Part shown: positions 37,699 through 47,157 of the stretch, piece by piece | How positions within the stretch are numbered: the stretch's first letter is position 1 | Layout: each line of letters opens with the position of its first letter | Source: an uncultured Planctomycetia bacterium | GTDB lineage: Bacteria; Omnitrophota; Gorgyraeia; 1-14-0-20-64-10 | DNA: 63,145 nt | NCBI GenBank assembly: GCA_964373715.1 | Contig: CAYJVR010000007.1 | Location: forward strand, 26,787-89,931 | Reading direction: 5' to 3' | The notes under the pieces: generated by a model | What the model was told of the DNA's origin: nothing | Databases searched by the model: none | The model's input: only the letters and a program-made list of their open reading frames with translations | Made by a program: the position numbers and the translations under genes

Positions 37699-38855
37699 AA
37701 ACGGGGCGTGGGGCAGGGGGCGTAGACGAGGGGCGAGGGGCGAGGGGCGAGGGGAAAGCGAAAAAATCTTTCCGACCCGTGTCTCCTGCCCCTTGTCCCC
37801 CGTCTTGGCCCGGTGTCGTCCGACGGTACGCGGAGTTCCTGCCGGTGGGTCCGCAGACGCCGGTGGTCACCCTTTTGGAAGGGAATACCCCGCTGATCCC
37901 CTCCCGGGTTTTAAGCAGACGGTTGGGGAGGGATGTTCAGCTTTATTTCAAATACGAGGGGTTGAACCCTACAGGTTCTTTCAAAGACCGGGGAATGACG
38001 ATGGCGATGTCGAAGGCGAGTGAGCAGGGGTTCAAGACGGTGATCTGCGCCTCGACAGGGAACACCTCCGCCTCCGCGGCCGCTTACGCGGCGCAGGCCG
38101 GTTTGAAGTGCGTTGTCCTGATCCCGAAGGGGGCCATAGCGCTGGGCAAGCTGGCGCAGGCGCTGATCCACGGGGCGAAAGTTCTGGCGGTCAGCGGTTC
38201 TTTTGACGAGGCGCTTGAGATCGTCCGCCACGTGAGCCAGGATTATCCGATCGCTTTGGTCAACTCGGTCAACCCTTACCGGATCGAGGGGCAGAAAACC
38301 GGCGCCTTCGAAATCTGCGATGTTCTCGGGCGGCCGCCGGATTACCACGCGATCCCGGTCGGCAACGCTGGCAACATCACGGCTTATTGGAAAGGGTACA
38401 ACGAGTATTTCAAAGTAGGCAGGGTCAACACCTTTCCTAAAATGATCGGCTTTCAGGCGGCGGGGGCCGCGCCGATCGTTAAAGGACAGGTGATCAAGGA
38501 CCCGGAGACGATCGCCACGGCGATCAAGATCGGGAATCCGGCCAGCTGGGAAGGGGCGGTCGCGGCGCGCGACGCCTCCGGCGGCCTGATCGGCTCGGTC
38601 ACCGACAAGGAGATCCTGGCGGCCTACCAGCTTCTGGCCGAGGAGGAGGGGATTTTTGCGGAGCCGGCGAGTGTTGCTCCCATTGCCGGAATTTTGAAGC
38701 TGGGGAAGAAAGGGTACTTCCGGAAAGGCAGCACGGTGGTCAGCGTTCTGACCGGCCACGGTCTGAAGGACCCGGAACGGGCTGTTCAGACGGTGCGCCC
38801 GCCTAAGGTTGTTCCTCCGAAGATCGGCGCGATCCTGGATGAGATCGGATTCTGA
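37695..38855 (+). CDS. thrC: threonine synthase with a Gly/Arg-rich N-terminal extension
   Basis: ATG 37695 overlaps the hom stop (gg ATG A) and follows ggagagagg. The conserved core starts at [32 protein letters not shown] (PLP lysine). An alternative in-frame GTG at 37779 cannot be excluded. Confidence 0.85.
   Translation: MKTGRGAGGVDEGRGARGEGKAKKSFRPVSPAPCPPSWPGVVRRYAEFLPVGPQTPVVTLLEGNTPLIPSRVLSRRLGRDVQLYFKYEGLNPTGSFKDRGMTMAMSKASEQGFKTVICASTGNTSASAAAYAAQAGLKCVVLIPKGAIALGKLAQALIHGAKVLAVSGSFDEALEIVRHVSQDYPIALVNSVNPYRIEGQKTGAFEICDVLGRPPDYHAIPVGNAGNITAYWKGYNEYFKVGRVNTFPKMIGFQAAGAAPIVKGQVIKDPETIATAIKIGNPASWEGAVAARDASGGLIGSVTDKEILAAYQLLAEEEGIFAEPASVAPIAGILKLGKKGYFRKGSTVVSVLTGHGLKDPERAVQTVRPPKVVPPKIGAILDEIGF
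37703..37754 (+). other. G-quadruplex-type G-tract cluster (seven G4-5 runs) on the sense strand at the start of thrC
   Basis: ggggcgtggggcagggggcgtagacgaggggcgaggggcgaggggcgagggg. The last four runs (37730..37754) are GGGG separated by cga loops. Confidence 0.75.
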
Positions 38856-38924
38856 ACCCGGCACATCCGACCCGGCTGATATAATGAAAAACTTAATGAG
38901 AATGCTCCGAGGGCTGTTCCAAAG

Positions 38925-40133
38925 ATGAAGACAATTCTGCTGGTCTGCGACGGGATGGGGGACTTCCCGGTTGAAAAACTGGGCGGGAAGACCCCTCTTG
39001 AAGCGGCGAAAACCCCGTTCATGGACCGACTCGCCAAGGAGGGGAAAACCGGCTTGGCTCGCACAATCCCGAAAGGATTTGTTCCCGGCAGCGATGTCGG
39101 AAATATGGTGGTCATGGGTTATGACCCCCACCAATACTATTCGGGACGCGGCCCTCTGGAAGCGGCCAATATGGGATTGGAGCTGAAACCCGAGGACGTG
39201 GTGTTCCGCTGCAACCTGGTGACGGCCGACGGGGATACCTTGATGGATTACTCCGCCGGCCATATCAGCTCGGAAGAGGCGGGGCCGTTGATCCGGTTGC
39301 TGGATTCTGCGATTGGCTCCGCCTCTTTGAAGTTTTATTCGGGCGTCCGGTACAGGCATTTGGCGGTTTTCAGCGATCCGACGGTGACCGATGCGCTGAT
39401 GAAAACAACTTGTCAGCCGCCGCACGATTTTTCCGGTTGGAACATATCGGACCACCTGCCGAAAGGTCCCGAGGGCAAGCGCCTGGCGGGGCTCATGGAG
39501 GAATCCCGTAAGATTTTACAGAGCCATGAGGTGAATCAGGTCCGGGTGGATCTCAAGGAAAACCCGGCCAACATGATCTGGCTCTGGGGACAGGGGCAGG
39601 AGGTGAAGATTCCCACCTTTGGAAAAAGGTGGGGGATCACCGGTTCGGTGGTTTCCGCCGTGGATTTGGTCAAAGGGACCGGCCGGCTGGCCGGCCTGGA
39701 GGTGCTCGATGTGCCCGGCGCGACCGGCTATTACGACACAAATTATCTCGGGAAAGCAGAGTTTGCCTTAAAAAGCCTGAAGAAACACGATTTTGCCTTT
39801 GTGCATGTTGAAGCGGCCGATGAGGCGGGGCACAACGGGGATCTCCGGCAGAAGGTCGCCGCGATTGAGAATTTTGACAAGCTGATTGTCGGAACGATTT
39901 TAGAAGAGATGGAAGTCCGGAAGGATTTCCGCGTGCTCATCATACCTGACCATATGACGCCGGTCAGCACCCGGAGCCACACGGCGGACCCGGTTCCTTT
40001 TCTACTCTACGGGCAGGGGATTTCCCCTAACGGCGCGGAAGGTTTTGGGGAGACCCACGCCAAAGCCACAGGCTGGATGGTGGACAAGGCGTATGAATTG
40101 TTGCCCCGTTTAATAACAGAACAGACCATTTAA
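38925..40133 (+). CDS. cofactor-independent phosphoglycerate mutase family (ApgM-like); by context a candidate alternative homoserine kinase
   Basis: LLVCDGMGD, about 400 aa, metalloenzyme-superfamily ends (HVEAADEAGH, PDHMTP). Sits between thrC and lysC. No thrB in the window. Confidence 0.65.
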   Translation: MKTILLVCDGMGDFPVEKLGGKTPLEAAKTPFMDRLAKEGKTGLARTIPKGFVPGSDVGNMVVMGYDPHQYYSGRGPLEAANMGLELKPEDVVFRCNLVTADGDTLMDYSAGHISSEEAGPLIRLLDSAIGSASLKFYSGVRYRHLAVFSDPTVTDALMKTTCQPPHDFSGWNISDHLPKGPEGKRLAGLMEESRKILQSHEVNQVRVDLKENPANMIWLWGQGQEVKIPTFGKRWGITGSVVSAVDLVKGTGRLAGLEVLDVPGATGYYDTNYLGKAEFALKSLKKHDFAFVHVEAADEAGHNGDLRQKVAAIENFDKLIVGTILEEMEVRKDFRVLIIPDHMTPVSTRSHTADPVPFLLYGQGISPNGAEGFGETHAKATGWMVDKAYELLPRLITEQTI

Positions 40134-40150
40134 ATTTCCGGGTACTTGAG

Positions 40151-41461
40151 ATGGCTTTAATTGTTCAGAAATACGGCGGTTCATCCGTAGCCAACCCGGA
40201 GCGGATCAGGAAGGTGGCCGAGCGGATCGTGAGAACCCGCCGCGCGGGACACCAGGTGGCGGTGGTTGTTTCGGCGATGGGGGACTACACCGACGAATTG
40301 ATCGGCCTCGCTTCGAAGCTCACGAAGAACGCCCCCGACCGGGAGATGGACATGCTGCTGGCCACCGGCGAGCAGGTCGCCGCTTCCCTGATGGCGATGG
40401 CGGTCCACTCTTTGGGCCAGAAGGCGGTTTCCTACAACGGCGCCCAGGTGGGGATCGTTACCGACCGGACGCACACGAAAGCGAAAATACGGGACATCAG
40501 CGCGCAGAGGATCCAGAAGGCGCTGAGCAAGGGATATGTCGTCGTGGTGACCGGTTTCCAGGGGATCACGCCGGACGGCGAGATCACGACGCTGGGCCGC
40601 GGCGGTTCCGACCTGACCGCGGTCGCGGTCGCGCAGGCGCTGAAGGCGAAAATCTGTGAGATTTATACCGACGTGGAGGGGGTCTATACGGCCGACCCGA
40701 GGATCGTCGCGAATGCCCGGAAGCTTCCGGCGATCAGCTACGATGAAATGCTCGAGTTGGCGAGCCTGGGGACCCAGGTGATGCAGGCCCGCTCCATGGA
40801 AATGGCGAAAAAATACGAAGTTCCTCTTCACGTCCGGTCCAGTTTCTCCCGGCGCACGGGAACGATCATCTCGAAGGAGGTTAAGTCAATGGAAGAAGTT
40901 GTGGTCAGCGGCGTTAGCCTGCAGAAAGATGAGGCGAAGGTAACGATCTGCGACGTTCCGGACAAGCCGGGGATCGCCTCGACGATCTTCACCCGCATTT
41001 CCGACGCCAACGTCAACGTGGACATGATCGTGCAGAACGTCGGCCGTACCGGCATGACGGATGTCTCGTTCACCGTGCCCCGCACCGACCTTTCCCGGGT
41101 TCTCCGGGTTGCGCGCCGCGTGGCGGGCGAAGTCAAGGCGGGCCGCGTGATCCACAACGACGAGATCGCGAAGGTCTCGGTGGTGGGGCTCGGGATGCGG
41201 TCGCACTCCGGCATTGCCGCCAAGATGTTCCAGGCTCTGGCCAAGGAGACGATCAACATTGACATGATCTCCACGTCGGAGATCAAGATATCCTGCATCA
41301 TCCGCAAGGACCAGGCGGTGAAGGCGGTGAAGGCGCTCCACGACGTGTTCGAGCTGGACAAGCTCGGAGTGAAGCCTGTGGAGCAGAAATCCCACAAGGC
41401 AAAGCGGCTGCCGCCTAGAACAAAGGAAGCGGCACCACGCGCTTCGGCGCAGCGGCGGTAA
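40151..41461 (+). CDS. lysC: aspartate kinase (two ACT domains, basic C-terminal tail)
   Basis: VQKYGGSSV, VVVSAMGD.TD, LGRGGSD and tandem ACT regions. Confidence 0.9.
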   Translation: MALIVQKYGGSSVANPERIRKVAERIVRTRRAGHQVAVVVSAMGDYTDELIGLASKLTKNAPDREMDMLLATGEQVAASLMAMAVHSLGQKAVSYNGAQVGIVTDRTHTKAKIRDISAQRIQKALSKGYVVVVTGFQGITPDGEITTLGRGGSDLTAVAVAQALKAKICEIYTDVEGVYTADPRIVANARKLPAISYDEMLELASLGTQVMQARSMEMAKKYEVPLHVRSSFSRRTGTIISKEVKSMEEVVVSGVSLQKDEAKVTICDVPDKPGIASTIFTRISDANVNVDMIVQNVGRTGMTDVSFTVPRTDLSRVLRVARRVAGEVKAGRVIHNDEIAKVSVVGLGMRSHSGIAAKMFQALAKETINIDMISTSEIKISCIIRKDQAVKAVKALHDVFELDKLGVKPVEQKSHKAKRLPPRTKEAAPRASAQRR

Positions 41462-41467
41462 GGTCCG

Positions 41468-43045
41468 ATGAAAAAAGAAGTTTTTCTTTACGACACGACA
41501 ATGCGGGACGGGGCGCAGACAGAAGGGATTTCTCTGTCTGTCGAGGATAAACTGCGGATAACGGTTAAACTCGATGACCTGGGCGTCCCGTACATCGAAG
41601 GAGGGTGGCCGGTCGCCAGCCCCAAGGAGATGGAGTTCTTCCACCGGGTGAAGAAGGAACTGAAGCTCAAACATGCCGTCTTGACCTCTTTCGGTTCCAC
41701 GCGCAAGGCAGATACTCCGGTCAGCAAGGATTCCCAGGTGGCCTCGCTTCTGGAATCCGGCACCAAGGTGGTGACGATCTTCGGCAAGAGCTGGGACCTG
41801 CACGTGAAAGAGGTTTTCCGCGTGCCGCTGGAAGAGAATCTCAGGATGATTGCCGATACGGTCGCCTACCTCAAGAAGCACGGGGTAGAGGTGATGTACG
41901 ATGCGGAGCATTTCTTTGACGGGTTCCGGGCCAACCCGGATTACGCACTGAAAACTCTGGAAGTGGCCGCGGAGAGCGGGGCGGGGACGATCATCCTCTG
42001 CGACACCAACGGCGGGTCTCTGCCGAGCTTTGTCCACAAGGTGGTGGATGAAGTGAAGCGGCGTGTCTCCGTTCCTCTGGGGATCCACAGCCACAACGAT
42101 TCCGAGCTGGCGGTGGCCAATGCGCTGGCGGCGGTCGAGGCCGGTGTTGCCCAAGTGCAAGGGTGCATCAACGGCTACGGCGAGCGGTGCGGCAATGCGA
42201 ACCTCTCCTCGCTGATCCCGATCCTTCAGCTGAAGATGGGGTATTCGGGCATTCCCGTTGACAGGATGAAGACTCTCACCGAGACCTCCCATTATGTGGC
42301 TGAGGTCTGCAACATGAGGCCGGACGACCATCAGCCGTTTGTGGGGAACTCCGCGTTCGCCCACAAGGGGGGCGTGCACATCAACGCGGTGATGAAGAAT
42401 TCCGCGACGTACGAACATATCGAGCCGGCCGCGGTCGGGAACCGGCAGAGGATTCTCGTGTCGGAGCTTGGGGGCAAGGCGACGATCCAGGAGAGCGCCA
42501 AGGTCTTCAAATTCGAGATGGATCCAGACCAGACGAAAGAGTTTTACAAGTCGGTGCAGGCCAAAGAGGCCGCCGGCTTCCAGTACGAGATGGCGCCCGG
42601 TTCCTACGAGGTGCTGATGCGCCGAGCTTATAAGAAATACAAAGCCTTCTTTACCCTGGAGAGATTCAGCGTGCTGGTCGAGAAGTCCCCCGATGGGGCG
42701 CTGACCTCGCAGGCGACGATCAAGGTCAAGGTGGACGGCACCTCCGAACATACCGTGGCGGAAGGGGATGGCCCGGTGAATGCACTGGATAAAGCGGTGC
42801 GCAAAGCTCTGTCGGAGTTCTATCCGGCGCTGGCGAAAATGCACCTTGTAGATTTCAAAGTCAGGGTGTTGGAGAGCCAGGCCGGCACTGCCGCGCGGGT
42901 GCGTGTGCTGATCCAATCGCAGGATGAGAAAGACAGCTGGTGGACGATGGGGGTCAGCGAAAACATCATCGAAGCCAGCTGGCAGGCTTTGGTGGATTCG
43001 ATCGAGTACAAGCTTTTAAAAGACCGAAATAGTCGTGGGTCTTGA
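41468..43045 (+). CDS. cimA: citramalate synthase / 2-isopropylmalate synthase family (CimA-like)
   Basis: LYDTTMRDGAQTEGISLSVEDKL, HSHNDSELAVANALAAV, GERCGNA and a LeuA-type C-terminal regulatory domain. The 525-aa length fits the citramalate synthase clade, but substrate assignment is inference. Confidence 0.65.
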   Translation: MKKEVFLYDTTMRDGAQTEGISLSVEDKLRITVKLDDLGVPYIEGGWPVASPKEMEFFHRVKKELKLKHAVLTSFGSTRKADTPVSKDSQVASLLESGTKVVTIFGKSWDLHVKEVFRVPLEENLRMIADTVAYLKKHGVEVMYDAEHFFDGFRANPDYALKTLEVAAESGAGTIILCDTNGGSLPSFVHKVVDEVKRRVSVPLGIHSHNDSELAVANALAAVEAGVAQVQGCINGYGERCGNANLSSLIPILQLKMGYSGIPVDRMKTLTETSHYVAEVCNMRPDDHQPFVGNSAFAHKGGVHINAVMKNSATYEHIEPAAVGNRQRILVSELGGKATIQESAKVFKFEMDPDQTKEFYKSVQAKEAAGFQYEMAPGSYEVLMRRAYKKYKAFFTLERFSVLVEKSPDGALTSQATIKVKVDGTSEHTVAEGDGPVNALDKAVRKALSEFYPALAKMHLVDFKVRVLESQAGTAARVRVLIQSQDEKDSWWTMGVSENIIEASWQALVDSIEYKLLKDRNSRGS

Positions 43046-43100
43046 GTCGTGGGTCTTGAGTAAAATCAGGTTTCAAGACTCACCCCTCACGGCTCACGAC
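43031..43100 (+). other. 14-bp tandem duplication plus a long imperfect hairpin spanning the cimA stop
   Basis: agtcgtgggtcttg occurs twice (43031..43058). The right arm tcaagactcacccctcacggctcacgac (43073..43100) pairs with it, allowing G-U pairs. Loop is agtaaaatcaggtt. Confidence 0.6.
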
Positions 43101-43117
43101 AATGTTACTGGTTGGTC

Positions 43118-45859
43118 ATGACTCGTCCATCCGTTTATTCTCCTTCTGAATCGGAAAACCGCTGGTACCCCGAGTGGGAAGAGAAGGGGTATTTCCGTCC
43201 CGATCTCAACGCTCCTCAAGGGCCCTTCACGATCGTGATCCCTCCGCCCAACGTGACCGGGATCCTCCACATGGGGCATGCGCTGAACAACACCCTCCAG
43301 GACATTCTCATCCGCTGGAAAAGGATGCAGGGGTACTCCACTCTCTGGGTGCCCGGCACCGATCATGCCGGCATCGCGACACAGAACGTGGTCGAGCGCC
43401 AGCTCGCGAAGGATCACCTGACGCGCCACCAACTGGGCCGCGAAGCGTTCGTTAAAAAGGTGTGGGACTGGCGGCAGCAGTACGGTTCGACGATCGTGCG
43501 CCAGCTCAGGCGTCTCGGCTCCTCCTGCGATTGGTCGCGCGAGCGGTTCACGATGGACGAAGGGCTCTCTAAAGCGGTCCAGACCGCGTTCCTGGAGCTC
43601 CACAGCGCCGGCCTTATTTACCGGGGCTATTACCTCGTTAACTGGTGCCCCCGCTGCCAGACGGCGCTCTCCGATGAAGAGGTTTTGCACGAAGAGATCA
43701 AAAGCCATTTCTGGCACATCCGTTACCCGGAAGCGGGGCAAGGGACGGGGGGCGGAGGGCAGGGGGTGGTGGTGGCCACGACGCGGCCCGAGACGCTTCT
43801 CGGCGATGTGGCGGTGGCTGTGCACCCGGAGGACGGGCGGTACCGCTCTCTGGCGGGCAAGACGCTTCAGCTTCCGATTGTCGGCCGCCCCGTCAAGGTG
43901 ATCCAGGATTCCAGCGTGGACAGGGAGTTCGGCACCGGCGCGGTCAAAGTGACTCCGGCGCACGATCCGGCCGATTTCCTGCTCGGGCAGAAGCACGGCC
44001 TCGAGGCGATCCGCGTCATGCAGCCGGACGGCCGGATGAACGAACAGGCAGGCCCCTATGCCGGTATGGACCGGTTTGAGTGCCGCAAGAAGATCGTCGC
44101 CGATCTGGAATCGGCGGGCCTTCTCATCAAGGTGGAAGACCATACCGCCTCGGTCGGCCACTGCTACCGATGCAAGACGGTGATTGAGCCGACTCTCTCT
44201 CCCCAGTGGTTTGTGAAAATGGGACCGCTGGCGAAACTCGGAATCGAAGCGGTGGAGAAGGACGGGATGAGGTTTTACCCGGAGAGATGGACCAAGTTTT
44301 ATCTCGATTGGCTCCGTAACATACGGGACTGGTGCATCTCGCGCCAGATTTGGTGGGGGCACCGGATCCCCGCCTGGTACTGTAAAAAGTGCTATCCGGC
44401 CTACACCGAAAAACAGCAGAGGGGCACCCTCTCAGGCACTCTCGTGATGAACGAGGAGAAGGCCGGTATCTACGTGGGCCACAGTTGCCCGAAAAGCTGC
44501 CGCGCCTGCGGCGGAACCGAATTCGTCCAGGATGAAGATGTGCTCGACACATGGTTCTCCTCCTGGCTGTGGCCCTTCTCGACGCTCGGTTGGCCGGAGA
44601 AGACGAAGGACCTTGCCGCTTTCTACCCCACCTCTGTTCTCGTGACCGCGCAGGACATCATCTTTTTCTGGGTCGCCCGGATGGTGATGGCCGGCAAATT
44701 TTTCCTCAATAAGATCCCGTTTAAAGACGTTTATATCCACGGGATCATCCGGGTGGAAGGGGGCAAAAAGATGTCGAAATCCCTCGGCAATAGCATTGAC
44801 CCCCTCGAGGTCATTGACAAAATGGGCACGGATGCTCTGCGCTTCAGCATCGCCCACATGGCCTCCGAGGGGCAGGATCTGTATCTGTCGGACGCCAAAT
44901 TTCTTTTGGGCCGGAATTTCGCCAATAAGCTCTGGAACGCGGCCCGGCTGATCCTCGATAAGGCGGGGGATGATCTGGAGCGTCCGATACCGTTCAATCC
45001 CCGGTTTCTTACGGTCCCGGACCGGTGGATCTTAAGCCGTCTCCAACGGACGGTGGATTTGGTGACGGACGCTCTCGGGGAATACAAGTTCAACGAAGCA
45101 GCCAGGCTGCTCTACGGCTTTGTCTGGCATGAATTTTGCGACTGGTATCTGGAGATCGCAAAGCTCCAGAGAGAAAGCGGGGACTCAGCACAGGCCAGCG
45201 ACACGGATGAAGTCCTGCTGACGGTGCTGGAGACGGTCTTAAGGCTGCTCCACCCGTTCATGCCGTTTATCACCGAAGAGTTGTGGCACCGGATGGGGCA
45301 GGTGACGCCGGCGAATTCAACGATCATGAAAGCCCCCTGGCCGAAACCCGAAACCGCCTGGCTCGATCCGGCGGCCGAGGAGGCTTTCGGCAGGCTCGAG
45401 GCGGTGATTACAGAGGCGAGGAACATCCGCGCCACCTTCCGGGTGCCGGTCAAACAGCAGGTGAGCCTTTTTATCCGGGGACGGAAAGGGACGGAACTGC
45501 TGTCGCGTCATGAAGCGGTCATTAAACGGCTCGCGTCGGTCGGTGACATGGCTGTGGATCAGAAGACGGCACGCCCGCAGGGCTCTGTGGCGGCCCATCT
45601 GCCGGAGTCGGCGGATTTCGACGCCTGGGACCTGATCGTTCCGCTCGCGGGCCTTGTGGACCTGAACGTCGAGAGGCAGCGGATCGAAAAAGAGATGGAG
45701 GGGATACAGTCCCGGGCCGAGGCGAAGAAGGCGCGTCTTAACGACGGGGTGTTCCGTTCCAATGCTCCGGCCGAGGTGGTGGAGGAGATGGAAAATTCGC
45801 TCAAGGAACTGGAGTCGGAATTAGTCAAATGGACCGAAAGCCTGAAACAGCTTCAATGA
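43118..45859 (+). CDS. valS: valine--tRNA ligase
   Basis: PPPNVTGILHMGHAL (HIGH), KMSKSLGN (KMSKS), CP1 editing region and a C-terminal coiled coil. Confidence 0.95.
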   Translation: MTRPSVYSPSESENRWYPEWEEKGYFRPDLNAPQGPFTIVIPPPNVTGILHMGHALNNTLQDILIRWKRMQGYSTLWVPGTDHAGIATQNVVERQLAKDHLTRHQLGREAFVKKVWDWRQQYGSTIVRQLRRLGSSCDWSRERFTMDEGLSKAVQTAFLELHSAGLIYRGYYLVNWCPRCQTALSDEEVLHEEIKSHFWHIRYPEAGQGTGGGGQGVVVATTRPETLLGDVAVAVHPEDGRYRSLAGKTLQLPIVGRPVKVIQDSSVDREFGTGAVKVTPAHDPADFLLGQKHGLEAIRVMQPDGRMNEQAGPYAGMDRFECRKKIVADLESAGLLIKVEDHTASVGHCYRCKTVIEPTLSPQWFVKMGPLAKLGIEAVEKDGMRFYPERWTKFYLDWLRNIRDWCISRQIWWGHRIPAWYCKKCYPAYTEKQQRGTLSGTLVMNEEKAGIYVGHSCPKSCRACGGTEFVQDEDVLDTWFSSWLWPFSTLGWPEKTKDLAAFYPTSVLVTAQDIIFFWVARMVMAGKFFLNKIPFKDVYIHGIIRVEGGKKMSKSLGNSIDPLEVIDKMGTDALRFSIAHMASEGQDLYLSDAKFLLGRNFANKLWNAARLILDKAGDDLERPIPFNPRFLTVPDRWILSRLQRTVDLVTDALGEYKFNEAARLLYGFVWHEFCDWYLEIAKLQRESGDSAQASDTDEVLLTVLETVLRLLHPFMPFITEELWHRMGQVTPANSTIMKAPWPKPETAWLDPAAEEAFGRLEAVITEARNIRATFRVPVKQQVSLFIRGRKGTELLSRHEAVIKRLASVGDMAVDQKTARPQGSVAAHLPESADFDAWDLIVPLAGLVDLNVERQRIEKEMEGIQSRAEAKKARLNDGVFRSNAPAEVVEEMENSLKELESELVKWTESLKQLQ

Positions 45860-45871
45860 AAGCGGCATCCC

Positions 45872-46825
45872 ATGCCGGAAATTTCCCCTTTCTCGGCTAA
45901 GCTTCAGAAGGAAGCGCTCCTGCCGCTGATCGCGGCGGCTTTGAAGGAGGATGTCGGGGCGCGCGATGTCACCAGCTCCGTCCTTATTCCGAAAGACCAG
46001 TGGGCCAAAGGGGATCTCGTTGTCCGGCAGGAAGGGGTGGCCGCCGGCATCCAGGTCATGGAGTGGACATTCGGCCAGGCCGATCCCCGGATCCGGTTCA
46101 AGCCGAATTTAAGGGACGGAGGCCTCGTCCATCCAGGGAAGGTCGTCGCCTACGTCGAGGGGCCGGCCCGCGGGATGTTGGCCGCCGAACGGACGGCGCT
46201 TAACTTCTTCGGCCGTCTTTCGGGGATTGCCTCTTATACCCGCCAGTTCGTGGACCGGGTCAAAAAGTACAAGGTACAGATCATGGATACCCGAAAGACC
46301 ACCCCGACTCTGCGCTTCCTTGAAAAATATGCGGTGGCGATGGGGGGCGGCACGCTCCATCGAAAGGGGCTCTTTGACCAGGTCCTGATTAAGGACAACC
46401 ATCTTCATCTCATTGCCAGCCGGCTCCACTCGGAATCGGGAGGGTTTCCCTCGACGCCGGGTATCCCGCACCACCGTCTTTCCGCGGTCGAGGCGGCGGT
46501 CCGGGAGGTCCGGCGGAAATTTCTCGCGAAAGCGCTAATCGAGGTGGAGGTGAAGACCTTGCAGGAATTCCGGTTGGCTTTAAGCGCCGAGGCTAACATC
46601 ATCCTGCTCGACAATATGCCGGCCGCCGACATCCAGGAGGCGGTCCGGCTCAGGAACGCGGTGGTTCGGTCAAAAAAGGACCGCAAAATTCTTTTGGAGG
46701 TCTCCGGCGGGGTGCGGCTGGAGAACGTCGAGGCGATCGCCGCGGCCGGCGTGGACCGGATATCAATCGGCGCCTTGACCCACTCGGCGCCGGCGCTCGA
46801 CGTCGCGCTGGACCTGATCGGCTGA
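45872..46825 (+). CDS. nadC: nicotinate-nucleotide pyrophosphorylase (quinolinate phosphoribosyltransferase)
   Basis: AAERTALNF, TRKT.P, KDNH, IEVEV, DNM and SGG. Contains an extra segment of about 20 aa (SRLHSESGGFPSTPGIPHHRL). Confidence 0.85.
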   Translation: MPEISPFSAKLQKEALLPLIAAALKEDVGARDVTSSVLIPKDQWAKGDLVVRQEGVAAGIQVMEWTFGQADPRIRFKPNLRDGGLVHPGKVVAYVEGPARGMLAAERTALNFFGRLSGIASYTRQFVDRVKKYKVQIMDTRKTTPTLRFLEKYAVAMGGGTLHRKGLFDQVLIKDNHLHLIASRLHSESGGFPSTPGIPHHRLSAVEAAVREVRRKFLAKALIEVEVKTLQEFRLALSAEANIILLDNMPAADIQEAVRLRNAVVRSKKDRKILLEVSGGVRLENVEAIAAAGVDRISIGALTHSAPALDVALDLIG

Positions 46826-47150
46826 TGGCCGCGGCCGCCGCCCCGGCAGATCCGTTGTAGCATCGCTCGACGCGTCCCGGCGAGGCGCGTCTCGCTCGCG
46901 CATCCGGCCGCGCTCGTCCCGCTTGTCGCGGGACACCGTGCCCGCGCGGCCTTCTGAGCATGCTTTGCCGGACCTGCCGGAGCAGTGGCTGCCCTGAGCG
47001 GGTGTGGTTCGAAGGCCATCGGAGGTCCGAACGGGCATGGCTCCCCGAAGGGGAGAGTGAGGGCCGACGTTGAGCGCAGCCGGACTCGCAGGGGCCGGCA
47101 AGCGGGCCTGAGAAGCGTACCCGCTCAAGGCATACTTTCTGAGAAAGGAA
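46826..47150. repeat. GC-rich intergenic element, copy R4
   Basis: Contains gggacaccgtgcccgcgc, the reverse complement of the gcgggca.ggtgtcc core of R1 and R2. Also has gtcccggcgag, gctcgacg and ccgaacgggcatgg, which are shared with R2. Confidence 0.65.
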
Positions 47151-47157
47151 GGGGTGG

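Noticed and set aside
40886-42916. Very long minus-strand ORF (676 aa) opposite lysC/cimA. Similar antisense ORFs occur at 37911..39455, 43094..44362, 58164..59540, 48742..49875, 17411..18529, 14274..15305, 4832..5551, 20097..20861 and 36718..37599.
   Set aside because: Each lies exactly antisense to a + strand gene with clear family motifs. Their translations are Arg/Pro/Gly/His-rich low-complexity strings with no recognisable motifs. This is the usual stop-poor antisense frame of GC-rich coding DNA.
43046-43117. Possible T-box or attenuator upstream of valS.
   Set aside because: The spacer is only 72 nt, with no specifier-loop or T-box consensus and no terminator T-run. It is reported only as a hairpin and duplication.
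46290-46500. The extra ~20-aa segment in NadC (SRLHSESGGFPSTPGIPHHRL), considered as a possible frameshift or insertion element.
   Set aside because: The frame is continuous and the conserved NadC motifs resume on both sides. The DNA is not G-tract-like and matches none of the repeat families. It is most simply a lineage-specific loop.
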